The notes under the pieces were generated by a model. The model saw only the letters and a program-made list of their open reading frames with translations. It had not been told where the DNA came from and did not search any database. 64,000 nucleotides of DNA. Source: Camelus dromedarius. Its lineage: Eukaryota. A program made the translations under genes and the position numbers. The stretch spans positions 114,640,001 through 114,704,000 of the forward strand of contig NC_087436.1 in the NCBI RefSeq assembly GCF_036321535.1. Reading direction: 5' to 3'. Shown piece by piece: positions 11,421 to 24,845 of the stretch (positions are counted from its first letter, which is position 1; each line of letters opens with the position of its first letter).

Positions 11421-14274
11421 AATTTTGGACATCTAATTTTACAGCTATAAGGGATTTTAGAAACCTTGTTGTTTCACATCTTGCGTGGCGGGGGAAACTG
11501 AAGGTCGGAGAGGAAAGGAGCTTGCCAGAAGTGGGGACGACCCTGGCAGTCCTGAGGCCGGGTGAGCGGGACTGCTTCTGGCACTCCTTGCTGTCCAGGG
11601 TGGGCGCCGCTCAGGTAAGAGCGTAGTTTTTTAATTAAAAAAGAAAAGGAACTTGAGGTCATGAAATCACAGTGATAGACCGTATAGGAGATCTTCTGTC
11701 TCTTGGCCAGGGTAACACTTTTTCAAGAGTGATTTGAAATTTAAGAAATTTTGAAAATTGGGCCTGCTGCACTCATTAGGCAGTGAGTCCAGCTTTCCCT
11801 ACTTTGATTTCTGTGCTTTTCACTTTCTAGCAACTATGCAGCCTTTTTAAGCCTTTCGAGGTGGCATGCCCTTCAGGATAGTTCAGCTTATCCTTCCTTT
11901 CAAGACCTTTCTGATACATGCTGGTCGGTTGGCTAGGGCCGTTTAGGAGAATATAAAGTTGAATAAAAGATTTCAACCCTCAAGGACCGTACAGTCTAAT
12001 AGGAGAGATGTTTGTTGTTGCTGCTGCTGCTTTAAAACTGTGGTTGGTTGAGGTCTACTGTTAACTAAATTTGCCCTGCTTTACATTCAGTAAGGGGTAA
12101 GACCATGCCTTTTTGATCATTTCTTGTCATTTATACATCTATGTGAAAATTTGAAGATTTTTAAAAGTGTTTTTTTTTCCAATCCCAATTATTGCAATAT
12201 TAAAAGGTGTGACTTAACACGTACGTATGATTGTACAGGCATCTGGAGGAGGCAGAGAGAAACTACAGAAGGTCTGCGATCAGACCAGGGTACTTCAGTT
12301 GTGTGTTTATAAAAGTCAGAGCACTGAAGGGCACTGAACAGGGGGCAGGTGAGGGAATGGCTTTGTAGGTTTTCTCTCCCAGGACATTTCCAGGCACTTG
12401 TCACAGGAGCTGTTTTATTTCCACACCAGACTATGAGAAGGGTGTCATTGTCCCTGTTATGTACGAGGACATTGCAGTGAGTGATGTACACTAAATCCCT
12501 GCTTGAGGGTAGAGCCAGGATCCACACAAACCGTTTCTGAGAGAGGATGCACTCGGCCGAGTACTGAATTAGGTTGCCTTCCCCTTGTAGAGATCACACA
12601 GCTGACCTTCTTAGATGTTGATCAGGCCTAGGTGTTCTTCTGAGAGGTGGTGACGGCCAGTGCTGGTCCACCCACTTTCTCACGCCGACCATCTAGACTG
12701 GCAAGCGGTGTGTGTCTAGAGAGGCTCATGGTGGTAAGTTTGCCCTCTGATCACAGAAGGGAGGACAGAAAAATGCCTCCCCTGCCGTCAGTCTCATTGG
12801 TTTCATGTCTGTCCCATCCTAAGCTCGAAGGGTCATTGAGGGCCTTCTGGCTCGGGGAAGGCAGGCGCAGTGAACACGCAGTAAGCATATGGCCAAAGCA
12901 GATTTCTGAATTCCATATTACAATTTTCCCCATACCTCGGGTTTTATTTTTGAAACAAAAAACTAGGATTCATGCTTTTTTTACTTTGACTGTTACCTCT
13001 CCTGTCTACAGTTTTTAATTTAAAAAATTATAAGTCTTTCCATCTAGTTTTAGGCACTTTGTCTCCTGAAGACTCAAGCTATAAAGTTTCAAACACATTG
13101 TGGTCACTTCTGCTGCTTATTGAACTTTTGAAAACACAAAAGTTTTCAGCCAGAACTGGTCATTGGATGCTGCTTTTCAAGTGCACCCTCTATTATGTGT
13201 GGCAAACCACTCTGGAGTGGTTTTTGGAGTGGCCCAAAGAACTCCTGTGACTGCTTTATTATTCCAGGAGGAGGTAAGCCAGGACCCTTTAAAGTCGATC
13301 ACTGAAACAATGTGATGGGGCATAATTGTGTGTCATTTAAAAATAGAAAAGTTTTCTGGCCATAACCCGTGCAGTGACTGCTGCAATGTTGGACATCCTG
13401 AAAAACAGTTGCAAGATTCAAAGAAAATGGAAATGCAGACCTTCTGAGCGTTGTGGTAGACGTCTGCCAGCGGCCTCCCCAGCGTCAGGTCACCGCTTCT
13501 CCCAACAACAGTGTCCTGATTTCCCGGTGGATCCCACCTCCATTTTCAACTACTCACAGCTCTAGGGATGGATTCTCACTGGCTTAAACCTATTAGGATA
13601 TGAATTCCTCTTGGTCTCAGTGATTGGCTCAGCTAACTCCATCAGAGCTAATGAAACTGGAAGGGACATTTGCTGAGGTTTCTGAAAAACGAGAAAAAAG
13701 AAAAGAAAGCTTTCATCCCCTGAAGTTCCCAAATGACTCTTTGCCCACTGGACTTGAATGAGACAGGCTGTAGCTGTGAGCAGCACTGGCAGCCGGTTTG
13801 AGGACACGAAGGGAGAACCTGCCCAAATCCAGAGCTCATGCCAAGGGAGCAGAGGTGAGACATGGGGAGAAGCCCCTTCCCTGACATCGAGCCCCAGATC
13901 AAGGCAGGCTTGAACTGTGTAACAGCATGACTCGGTTTCCTCTGTCACTTTGGCTCGGGTTAGTTTATTTCCTTGTTAGTTCTTACATAAGCGGCTGTTA
14001 TGTACCAGGGGCTTTGCTTGGCACCAAAGGTCGAGATGAACATGTCTGCGTTTTGTCCTTAAGGTCTTAGTCTAGGTACACATATAACTCATCGGAATGG
14101 AATCAGATGGTTAAATGCTTCAATAAAACTGTAATATAGGAAGATGTGGCTTAACAGTGAGTGAAGAATCAGGGATTTCAGATAACAGGAATCAGGGTCA
14201 ACAGTATAAGGTAATTGCCTCTTATAGGATTACTTAACACAATCTTAAACTATGTTAATGCAAAAAGAGTCTCT

Positions 14275-14420
14275 GTTCTCTGGGTTGGTTTGTGAATACG
14301 TATCACCTGGAGAATCTTGATTTAGTAGGTCTAGGGTGGGGTTTGAGGCTCTGAATTTATAACAAGCTGCCAAGGAGTACTAATGCTGCTGACTTTTGGA
14401 TTACACTTTGAATTGCAAGG
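14275..14420. mobile_element. MER5-type hAT-Charlie DNA transposon
   Basis: atcacctggag..gatttagtaggtctagggtggg..aacaagct..aatgctgctg..cacttt motifs. Confidence 0.75.
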
Positions 14421-14434
14421 GATTAGGGTATGCT

Positions 14435-14740
14435 GACATTATTTTTCCTTGTATGGGTGCCCCTCTTTAAGAGGGCACATTCTGATCATGGTGAAAAGAT
14501 CCAATGTCATAAGAAACTGTTGAAGGAAGACGGTATGCTTAATTTGGAAAAGGGAAAGCCTCAGAGAGAGACTGATGGTAGTCTCCAGATAGGTGAAGAC
14601 CATGCTTCGGAAAAAGCTTAAACTTCCAGTATGTAACCTATAGGACGCCAGCAACAGGATGGGTAGATAGAAGCTATCGAAAGAAAATTCTCATGCAGCC
14701 CAAGACAGAACGGTGCAAACATCTGCTCTATGCTTTATGA
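14435..14740 (+). mobile_element. L3/CR1 LINE relic
   Basis: ttgaaggaagacggtatgcttaatttggaaaagggaaagcctcagagagagac resembles the CR1 3' consensus. Confidence 0.6.
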
Positions 14741-16320
14741 AGTGTCAGGTTTCAGGGTTGCAAACTCATGGCGTTAGGGGCTAGGTAAGTAAATAAATGA
14801 ACACAAAGCAGTTAATATAAAACAATAGGAAGAGCATGTGCCTGGCTATAGCCATTCTAACCCCATTTTTAAAGTTACATTGGCCAAATAAAACCAGTGT
14901 ATGGACAGGGCCACTGCTAACCCATACAGAATCATTGAGCCAATTAAGAAAAAATTTTCCTTTCTCAAATCATTTATTTCTCTCTTTTAGAAAATTGTCA
15001 CACTGTTTCGTTAGAACTGATCATTTCACTGTCCTGTAAAATGTGTGATTAAATCTACAAGACCTGTGATGTGCATGGCAGCCCTACTGAGGGAGTGAAT
15101 TCCGCCCTTTGGGTACTAGATCGCAGTTCTTGTGAGTGTAAACGTTAATGTCTGGATGCAAAGCTGATGATATTAAGAGAGAAAATTATTTGTCAAACTT
15201 TTTTGGAGAGCTAAGTCATAATATTTGGGCTGGGCCCCAGGGGCCCAAGATGCCTAGGGACACAGCCTCTGTCCTGCAGTTCGTAGGGCATCCTGGTGTC
15301 CTAGGAGAGCGTCCATCCTGGTAATGGCGTACAGGGTGCTGGGAGCAGCTCAGTTCTCCCCGGACAGGGGTGAGGGGCGGTCAGAACAGATTTAACAGGG
15401 GAAGTGAAGCTTGGCCTGACAGCCTTGAGGGAGGCGACCCTCCCAGCACCTTCATCCTTGGGAAGCAAGCCTTTCAGTGGAGCAGGGCCTTTGGGCTGAG
15501 CTCAGAACGATGTACATTCCATTCTGTCTGGCCCTTCATTCCATGTTTTCCATGCTGCAGAGCTGGAAACGAGGAAAGGCAGAAGACTTGTTTTAAAGTC
15601 CTTCTTCTAAGTCACACTGAGTACTCTTAGGCCTCGTGCACTGTAGACTGAAGTAGACTCAGGGCTGGAGTTGGGACTGAGGGAGGCACTGTGCACGTAC
15701 CAGCTCAGTCAGCCACTCTCCCCTAAGCCTGGTGACCTGGCCTCCTTAATCCATAATTAACCTGAATCCGCAGGTTGCACGTGGCTTGGATGCTGAACCA
15801 CTGTGTCTCTCAGGCCCCTTCTCCTCTTCCACGGCTGCTGCCTGCATTGCTCTAACAGCCCGCTTTCTTCAGAGACCTCCACGTCACCTTCATACTGCAG
15901 CTGTAGGGGGGGACTTGACCTATGGGTTTGAATTAGGTCAGTCTCACTCCAAACTCCCCATGGCTCCCCATGGCCTTTCCCATCAGCCCGACATTCTGAA
16001 TCCTCCAACAGCTTCCCTATCCTTCCTTCTGAGACATCTGTTCATCTTTAGCTCTTGTGACTACCTTGTGGTCCCTCACTTCCATGTCTCCACTGAGATT
16101 TCCTCTAGGGAAAGGGACGCTGAAGAGATGAGCTGGAAAACGTGTTTCTTCTCCCGGCTCAAAGATCAGTTGACTGCATAGCTAGTCAAACCACTTAACA
16201 TCTCTGAGCTGTTTCCGGGGCTCGCTTGCGCAGGACGGTTACACGTGCTCTTTATTGTTGCCGTGGTTTATAATGGATGCAGTGCAGACATCCTGGGTTC
16301 TGTATAAACATCTCATCCGA

Positions 16321-16574
16321 TGTATGTTAGTTAGCCTTCCAGATGGCCTACGATGAACCTTGCCATCAACTTGCCAGCCCTTTGATGCAGCCAGCCTGGA
16401 AGTGAACCCCTGGCTTTTCATGAGACTGCAACTTCACCAGAGACCTCCAGGTAGAAACACCCAGCCAGGGTGCCCCAAACTCCTGCTTCACAGAAACTGT
16501 GAGAGAGAACAAATCATTACTGTTGTTTTAAAATCTCAGTGTAATTTGCTTCGGAGTAATAGGTGACTAATACA
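16321..16574. mobile_element. MLT1 (ERVL-MaLR) LTR
   Basis: cacccagcc..aaactcctg..cacagaaactgtgagag..tgttgttttaa..taataggtgactaataca terminus. Confidence 0.8.
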
Positions 16575-16979
16575 GTGGGTACTTGTATTATCTCTGGCAG
16601 ACAGGGAAGCTGTGGCTCAGGGCAGTTTAACAACCTGTCTGAGGTTGTACAGTTGTCCAAAGGCGGTGGAACCGGGATCAGACCCAGGTCGGCCTGCTCA
16701 GAAGCCTGACACCCCAACTACCGTGTTATCCTCCCCCCTCATTACCGTCCCTGTGCCTCATTCGTGGTGGTGCTTACTAAACAGTTTCCAGTGACTGAGC
16801 AAACCGTTTTCATGACTCAGTATATAAACAAATCGCATGAATATGTATTTACAGGGAGTTAGCCTGTAAAAATGAAGGATGAATGAATATTAGCAATCTC
16901 TATTGTCAGTTTGGAATTAGCCTAGTTTCTTTAAAAATTCTAATCCCCAAATGAAGATAACTCTACCATTTGTTCTGAC

Positions 16980-17540
16980 TGTAGAAATGCTGTAAAATAC
17001 TTAACACAGAGAAAAAGAAATTAAGATCGCCCCTTCCCTGTCAATGTTGACATTTTGGTGAAAAACCATGTCCCAGATATGCATAAATGCAATTCCAGAA
17101 GTTACAATAAATTGCATTATATTAAATAACTTGTTTTGAAATTTGCTTTTGTTGACAAGTGATATTAAAAACATTTTCGAAATCCATAAACATAAATACA
17201 CATCATCATTTTTAACGGCTTCATGGTTTTCAAGTGTATAACAGGATAATTTAATCACTCTGTGATCTGTGGACATTTATTTTTTCCCCAAATTTTCACT
17301 ATTATAAAGTATGCCTTGTTGAACATCCTATGTATATCTTTCTGTATTTTCTTGTATATATTTATCCCTGAGATAAATTCCTAAAAGTAGAATTGCTGGT
17401 TCAAAGGGTATTTTGAAAATATTTCATATTTTCATAAAATCTGCCAAACTGCATTTCAGAAATATTGTACAACTTATCCTGCTAATGGCAAGTGAAAGTG
17501 TCCACTTCCCCACGACACTGGCAGCATTAGAGTTGGTAAA
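16980..17540 (-). mobile_element. old L1 (L1ME-like) 3' fragment
   Basis: gataaattcctaaaagtagaattgctggttcaaagggta..ctgccaaactgcatttcagaa. Confidence 0.75.
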
Positions 17541-18415
17541 TTCCTCATGTAAATGTGGTGGGTTCGCTGACCTGTGTGGTCCTCTACATGGCACTGATGT
17601 AGACTGACTTTCCCAACAGCTGTGAGCAAAGGCAGATAGGATGTCTCTATGGTAGCAAAGACTCGTGCCTACAGGGACGTTTTCCTGGTGCCTCTATTTT
17701 GGTCTTGACATATTTTAGTAATGTCAAATTGTTTCTTATACACCCAGTAAATATCCTTAGCAATCGTTAGTTCAAAATTGTTTATTCTAACTTGAGTTGT
17801 ATAAAGTCACGGCACACAAGTGGCTTATTAAAACAAAAGTAACCCGCCTTCCATATAAGGAGCCTTTGTTTTCCTTATTTTTCTCTCCCTTCCTCTGAAG
17901 CCTTAGTCCTCCCTCCCAGCCCTCCCCTTCCCCACCCCACACCCCCCATCCCAAGCAGACGTTACCAAGCCCTCTTGTGCCCTTTGCTTGCACATGGAAG
18001 TGAGTCGTCCAGCTTCTCACCTGACCACAGCCTTGCCAGAGGCCCCACGCTAGAAGCACCCACCAGGCTCGTAGCACCACCAGGCCACCCTGCAGCCATG
18101 AGGCTGCTTGCCCCAGTCCCCTTCAGACCATGAGCTCTCCAAGGCCAAGAACCCCCCTGTTGTTTGCATCTCCCTGGTGCCTGGCATTGAAGAAGCACTC
18201 AATCAACGTTTATTGAATGAATGAAACCTACCAGTATTGTAGGTTGTCATCAGCAACTAAGCAGCGCATGGGGTGAGCTGGGAGGAGCTCTGTCCTGGGG
18301 ACAGGTGACCAAGAGACTGACCTTGTCTTAGCTTCTAACTGGCTATGTGACCGTGGGCAAATTTCTCCACCTCTTTCAGTCTCCATTTCTTTATATGCAG
18401 TGAGTTTGTTCCTCT

Positions 18416-18528
18416 CAGTGGTTTCCAAACCTGGTTGTGATCAGAATCACCTGGGAAGCTTAAAAAAAACACTGATTCTGGGGCTCCACCCCAGATGCAG
18501 GGCGCTGGATTCAGTTTGGGAACCACTG
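18416..18528. mobile_element. short MER5-type element with intact terminal inverted repeats
   Basis: CAGTGGTTTCCAAAC ... GTTTGGGAACCACTG (14/15 inverted match); internal tcagaatcacctgggaagctt. Confidence 0.85.
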
Positions 18529-19269
18529 GACAAACTCATCTCTCTGTGTCTCTCCTCCCTTATGTGACCAAGAACACATTGCCAGCTTTGAGGCCTCCAT
18601 TTGCAAATCTGTAAAATGGGGATGATAACCATAGTGACAGCCCAGAGAACTTCATGGAGCTGAAATGAGACTCCAGTCTTGGGAGGAAGGACCTCAGAAA
18701 CTTCTAACAGTTCCAAACATATTCATGAACTATTGGCCTTTTCTGTCTGCTTTTCTCAGTGTGACTTGGGGGCCAACTTTGGCTACCCAGCCCTAATGGA
18801 GCGATACGGAGCCCCTGAGTTAGCCCCGTCTTTTGCTTCTCCCGCTAGCAGTCCAGATTCTTCTGAAATTGCCTCCTTTGTTCCTCACTTCAGGGTGAGG
18901 GATCATCTCTTTCCAGCTTCCCTAAAACCCTCGACTCTTGAGCCAACTTAACCATTTCCTCCCGCCCCACCTCCACCCCCTGTTCTGTCCCTTATCCCAA
19001 TCCTCTGACACGTTCTCAGATTTGTCTTCCACATTGGCAGGTGGCCCGCTCACAGGTTGGCCGGCTGCCCTGTGTTTGGGTCAGGGTGCAGGGATGATGC
19101 TGTAAAAAGCTGACAGGAAGCTGAGTGAACCAAGATGTGGGCTTCGGCCCATTACTCCTCCCACAACCAGGAGCAGAGGGGACCAGTTTGTGTCGGTGCT
19201 CTCCTCGAAGGCCCACCCCTGGCTGTCGATGATGAGGAACGAGAGAAGGAGGATAGAGGGAAGGCATTA

Positions 19270-19560
19270 AAGATTTACTGAGAAGCTACTCCGCACCAGG
19301 TCCCGTTCTAGGCACTTCACACGGATTTTCGTAACAGCCAAGTTTACAGCTCATCTGCTTTGCCATGCAGTGTACGTAGGCATCTGATTGGACCCTCATC
19401 CCAGGCCTGCCTTGGGAGCTGTGATTGCCATCTTCCAGATCAGGAAGCTGAGACTTGGAGGAGTGAAATGTCTTGTTCGATGTCACCCGGTCAACAGGAG
19501 GCAGAACAGGGATTTGAACCCTGACCCAACAGACTCAGGCATCCGCCATGCCCGACTGGG
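19270..19560. mobile_element. MIR SINE
   Basis: cagatcaggaagctgagacttggaggagtgaaatgtcttg..gggatttgaaccc. Confidence 0.75.
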
Positions 19561-19959
19561 ATGGCATTTATTCACGCTCCATATTTAGCATCTAAATTTA
19601 GTTCAAGCAGGGAAATGCTTGAACCTAGAATGGGATTTCTTCTTAGATTTTTGCAGCCAAAATTATTTTAATTTTATGGCTAGGAAAAATGTAAACTTAC
19701 ATTTTCAGCAGACCAGAGATGATAAAGTATGCATTTGTCAAATAAAATTCTTTGCTGTGATAAAGTAAATTATTCCTTGGCCTTGTAAAAAATTAGGCCT
19801 CACTTGAACTGTTTTCACTTCAGCCTTTGCTAATATTTCTGTTATCTCCATTAGGGATTACAATGATGAATGCCTTTTATTCGCATCGTTAAGCATTTCA
19901 GCGAATGTGTGAACACACGTAACGTCGTAAGTCACAGGGAAATGAAACAACACGGTCTC

Positions 19960-20218
19960 CTGGAAAGAAGGGAAGTCTTGAGAGTCTGACAGATCGGGTT
20001 AGCGTCCTGTCTCTGCCGCTCTGCAGCTCTGCAGCTCTGCAGCCTTGGTCAGATGCTGCAGCTTCTCCGGGGCTCCGTTTCCTGGTGTGTAAAACACAGT
20101 AATACTTACCTCACTGGGTGATTTTTAAGGATGGAATGAGAGGACATACTCATAGCACTTTGCTTTACACAGTTCCTGGCATGGAGTAAGTGCATAATAA
20201 ATGTCATGGTTATTATTG
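19960..20218. mobile_element. MIR SINE containing a (GCTCTGCA)3 micro-duplication
   Basis: gagtctgacagatcgggtt..ctccgtttcctggtgtgtaaaa..cctggcatggagtaagtgcataataaatg. Confidence 0.8.
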
Positions 20219-20394
20219 GAATCGCTCTCATGGTAACTAGTTGTTTAATGATACGCCCAGGGCTCACTAGTTATGAGTCCTCTGGGCAGCAGGACTGAGT
20301 TTCGGCCTTCCCGTCTGGGGGACCCAGCTGCTGACGGACGTCCGCCCCTGTTGGAAACAGCTCAGGCAGCAGGCAGAAGTAGGTGAAATCAGTG

Positions 20395-20860
20395 GTGGGT
20401 GTTAGCTGTTGAGATCCTTTTGGCTGCAAGCTACCAAATAACTAACTTAAAGTATCTTAAACAGTTAAGAATATTGATCACCTCTTACAAGTATTCTCAG
20501 GGTAAGGTGATTGCAGGGTTGTTTAAGTTGTTCGGAGATGCCACCAAAGTTCCAGATTCTTGCCTTTCTTCTTTGCCATCCTCAGCCTGTTGACTGCTGG
20601 GCTGGCTCTCTCATGGTCACAGGGTGGCTGCAATAATGCCAGGTGTCACATCTTTACACCACAAAATCCAAAGGTCAGAAGGAGAAGAGGGGGCCGATCT
20701 CATCCTCATGCTTCCTTTAAAGAAAGAAGAAAAATTTCCCCAGAGCCCCACCTTCCAGAAGATTTCTCACCCCTTCCATTGGCCAGAATTTTATCAAATG
20801 CTCATCCCAGACTGGTGGTGAGGGAAAATGGTTAGGGCCAGTGACTCTCAACTCTGTCTG
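20395..20860. mobile_element. MLT1J/K-like LTR
   Basis: ttggctgcaag..cttaaac..gccatcctcagc..tcatggtcacagggtggctgc..cattggccagaa. Confidence 0.7.
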
Positions 20861-23800
20861 AGATTGAACTGGGGTGAGGGGGGAGCATCTTTAAAATACA
20901 TACGGATGTCTAGGTTCTACTCTTAAAGATTGATTTAAAGGGGCTCAGCTGGGGCTCTGTAGTGCATATACACGTTTATGTGTGTGTGTATGTGTGTACA
21001 CTCCAAAGAGCTCTGATGAGCATCTAGGGTTGAAAATCATTGGTTTAGACTCTTCAAGTTTCATCCCCTGGGATGGAGAGCATCTTAGTCTTCAGTGAAG
21101 CACATGGCCGTGGGATAGCTGAACCAATTCAAGTTCTAAATGGGGTGTGTGGCTATTGGTAGACATCCAAAAGCACCTGAAGCATCTGCCCCACACAGGT
21201 ACAGTTAGGGTATCTGGATTAGGCCACATGGTATTTTGAAAAAAAAAAAAAATGTGAACATCTGACAGACCAGAGGAGAACTCCATGTGGCCACCAGCAA
21301 ATTGCCTCGGTTTGGTTAATCTCTCTGAGCTTCAGTTTTCTTATCCGAACAATGAGGAGAATGCTACCTACCTCCGGGAGTAGTTTTGGGGTTAAATGAA
21401 AGCAAGGAAGTGAGAGGAGCTGACACAGATTAGGGCTCAGTACATGCTTGGTAATGTCCCTGGGGGTCAGATTTTTCCTGTTCCAGATCAGGAAATATAA
21501 CTGGGCCTGCCCTGGGGCCCGCTGGGCCTGTTTACCTTGGTTGTGACCTGAATGCTCGACCAAAGCAACAACAGCAACGTTCTTCTGTGTTGTTTGGAAA
21601 GGAGGTTTGACACAGAGTTGGTCAGAGGGGCGCCCTTGGCGGGGCTGGGTGGCAGGGTTCACTGACCATGGAGGGAGGAGCGAGGCATGAGTGCTGGCTG
21701 GACTCTAGGGGGTGTCCGAGCCTGCAGGCCCTGCAGGCTGCTTAATGGAAGCTTTGGGTGTGGCCCGCCTCCTCGCTGTCAACTTGGCGGCTCCTTTATC
21801 TGCCTACTGTCCAGGAGGAGTCAAGTGTAAACCAGCGGTCCAGGGGAATGGGTTGTCAGGTCACTGAATCAATGCTACAGTTAATCTGTTAAAAACAGCA
21901 AGGCTCCCCATTTGTAAACATCTCCTTGATAAGCCCTTTGTAGCATATACAACCTAGGAAAATGAATGGCTTCCCACCAGCTGCCCTGGAATCACTGTCT
22001 CCCTGTGCTTGTCCAGATGCCCTCCCAACTCAGCTCGGCCCAGCCCAGCCTAGCCCAACCCAATTCTACACACGTGGACCCAGCTGAGCAGAGCTCGGAG
22101 CGATTTCCAAGGAGGAGAAGGTGGGAACCTCCATCTTTAAAAAGCCCAGAGAATCGGGGAATGAAGTAATTCCAGGAGTCTTCCCAGTGTAAGGGTGTGA
22201 TTGTGGGCTGAAAACTCAGGCAACCATGAGCTTGGAACCTGGTTCTCAAGCTCAATGCTGTGTGGCTTTGGTAAGTTAATGAGTCACATGCTGTATGTGT
22301 TTGACTTCTGTAGATTTAACTCCACAATCTTGGGAAAAGAGCACAAGAAGAGAGATGACTATCAACCACATGGGTGACATTGCCTGCCATCTGTTCAGTG
22401 AGCACGCATCCTGGAATGAGAGGTGGGAAATGTGGATCTGAGTTGTCTAAGGCAGCTTTGGCTTGCTTGTCTCTGCATGAACATCTTCTGTTGGGTGCGA
22501 TTTGAGTATTTAGGGCAAATGTATTGGCTGTAGACCATTTTCGCCTTGCCTGCTAACTTTGGAATCCAAGGCCTGGCTACGATGGGATTCCGTGCCCTCT
22601 ACCCAACATGATAGCACTACCCAGACGGTATTATGTCACTTCCTCTTCCAGAGTGGGAGGCTCCTTGAGGAAGGAATCTGGTTCTTCTCCAGCTCTTGGT
22701 TTCCCTTGCTCCCTCTCCCCTAGAACCTAGTCCAGATCCCTACCCTTAGTAAATACTAAGATGAACACTTGGTGCCTATCTGCTCCGACCTCGTTCTTAC
22801 CTGGAAGCCGCTGCAGGAAGGCTCTGTTGTGACTCACCCTCTCTAGCCAAGCTGGTCGCCTCAGTAGCGAGCTCCCACCCCAGACAGGCCAGTGAGTTCC
22901 TTCTCTGGGATTCCTGAATCCAGGAATGATGCAGTGGCTCAGGAATGAAAGATGGAGACAGATTTTTTTTTTTTGATGGTGCTCAAACTCCTGCTTTGAG
23001 TCCTAGAATCCAAATACTTGTCTGTCCTTGGTGAGACCCGGTGTCCTCTTCAGAAAGTGGCATGCTTACCTCAGTTAGTGCAAGGTAGGTTTCCATCACC
23101 TGCAGCCAAAGGAGTCTTCATCTTCACAATAATTTAGATGAGAAAATGACCCCCTGCTCCTTGGACAGGCTCATTGGCAGAGGCAAGCGTCAAGAATGAG
23201 CCCTATTAGAAGGCGTTGGAGTGACCACAGAGCCGAAGCGCTTCGCAGATAGTCGTAGGCCTGGGCCGTGGTGGCCTGAGATAAACCTGATGGAAGTGTC
23301 TCTGTGGATGAAAATCTCTCAGGCCAGCCAGTTAAGATGCACTGGCTATGTGTCACCAGGCATTACTAAGGAAGCAGGTGAGGTTAGAGACTTGGCTGTG
23401 CCTTTCCCATGACGAGTCTCCCCTCAAGCTCTTTGGGGAAATGGCTCAGTTTCAGTGCTTTGCTTCATTCCAATCGGGGGTGTAGCCTTCCCGTTCTGCC
23501 GCTTTTGGTAACACTGTAACAAATCTATTTGGGGAGGCAGTGTGGGTCTGAGAGTTAGAAGCCCTGAATTCCGGTTTTCTATGTACAATTTGTCTCATCT
23601 CTCTGGGCCTCCCCTGACTGGTCTGTAAACTGAGATCAGAAGTTTGGTCCTGCCATCTCCTTCCACACTTGCCAGCTAACTCTACTCCTACCTTCTCAAC
23701 AAAACTGCCATCTAATGTTCACCGCACAAACTCAGGAGTGCAAGAAATACACCTTTGATTTTCTGCAATGACCTTAATTTTTGTCTCAAGCCCCGTTTAC

Positions 23801-24845
23801 GCTTGAGTGGTCTTTCCCATCTTTCCCCAGGGTCACTGACAAATTCTGGAAGATTTTAGAGACTGATCCATTTGGCTATTAGTACCGTCCTCATCCCCTG
23901 TTATCCTGTCTCATGCAGTCATTGGTAGCTAAGTAACCTGCTCAAAGTCTCACATGTTGAAATGCAAACCCAAGCGGCGAAATTCTAAAGTCAATGTAGA
24001 TGTAAATATAGACATTGTCATATATAGATATAAGCTATATATACACATACATAGGTGATACCTTTTTTATGATTCTCAAAAGTCTATGAAGGAGGTTTCA
24101 TTGCCCCCATTTTACAGATGTAGAGACGAGCACAGCTTCCGTAAGTGTCTTTCCCTAATAAGAAGGCTTGGAGATTCTAACTCACTTCTGTCTCATTCCA
24201 ACCCCTGAGCCCACCCCCTAAAATCAGTGTCTCAATTACATTCTCAGAAAAGACAAGACCTGAGGCAAAGTGTCAAATGAAACATATGCTAACTTCAGGG
24301 CTGGCTGGCATCTTGGCCACCTGCCCTATGGTAAGGACAGAAGCTGTCCTGGGGATTGGATGTAGTTCTGTGGATATTCTGACTGAAAGCCTGCATCCAC
24401 GCCCGTGGCAGTCCTCAGCTTCTCCAGGGGAAGGGCTGTGTTGGAAACAGTGAAGAGTAAGGTACGAGGCAGATGGGGTGGGAGAGAGATTTCCAGCAGA
24501 GGGAAATGCTATCTGGAGCTGTGATTCTTGGATTAACATCGAAGAATGAGAATTATTGCTAATGGAAAAACTTAGCTATCATCAAGTCAGTCCTACTTTA
24601 AATTTAACTTTTTTAATTTTCAAAATAAATTCAATAAGCCTGTAAACAATCAAAGACAAAGTCCTAAGAGGCACTCACAAAAATCTTTATAACATGATCA
24701 CATTTGGTCTTAATATTCCAGAAGTTTTTCCTGAAATTCTTTTAAAAATAATTGTACCTCTTGGATTGGTAATTTTCCACCCTTCTCATGTGGTGTGATT
24801 TTGTAACTCCTTTTTTCAGATGACCACATAGATTCATAACAGTGA

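Noticed and set aside
18401..18538. Extra 9-bp inverted match (tgagtttgt/acaaactca) outside the MER5 TIRs
   Set aside because: Asymmetric spacing and short length; cannot be distinguished from chance.
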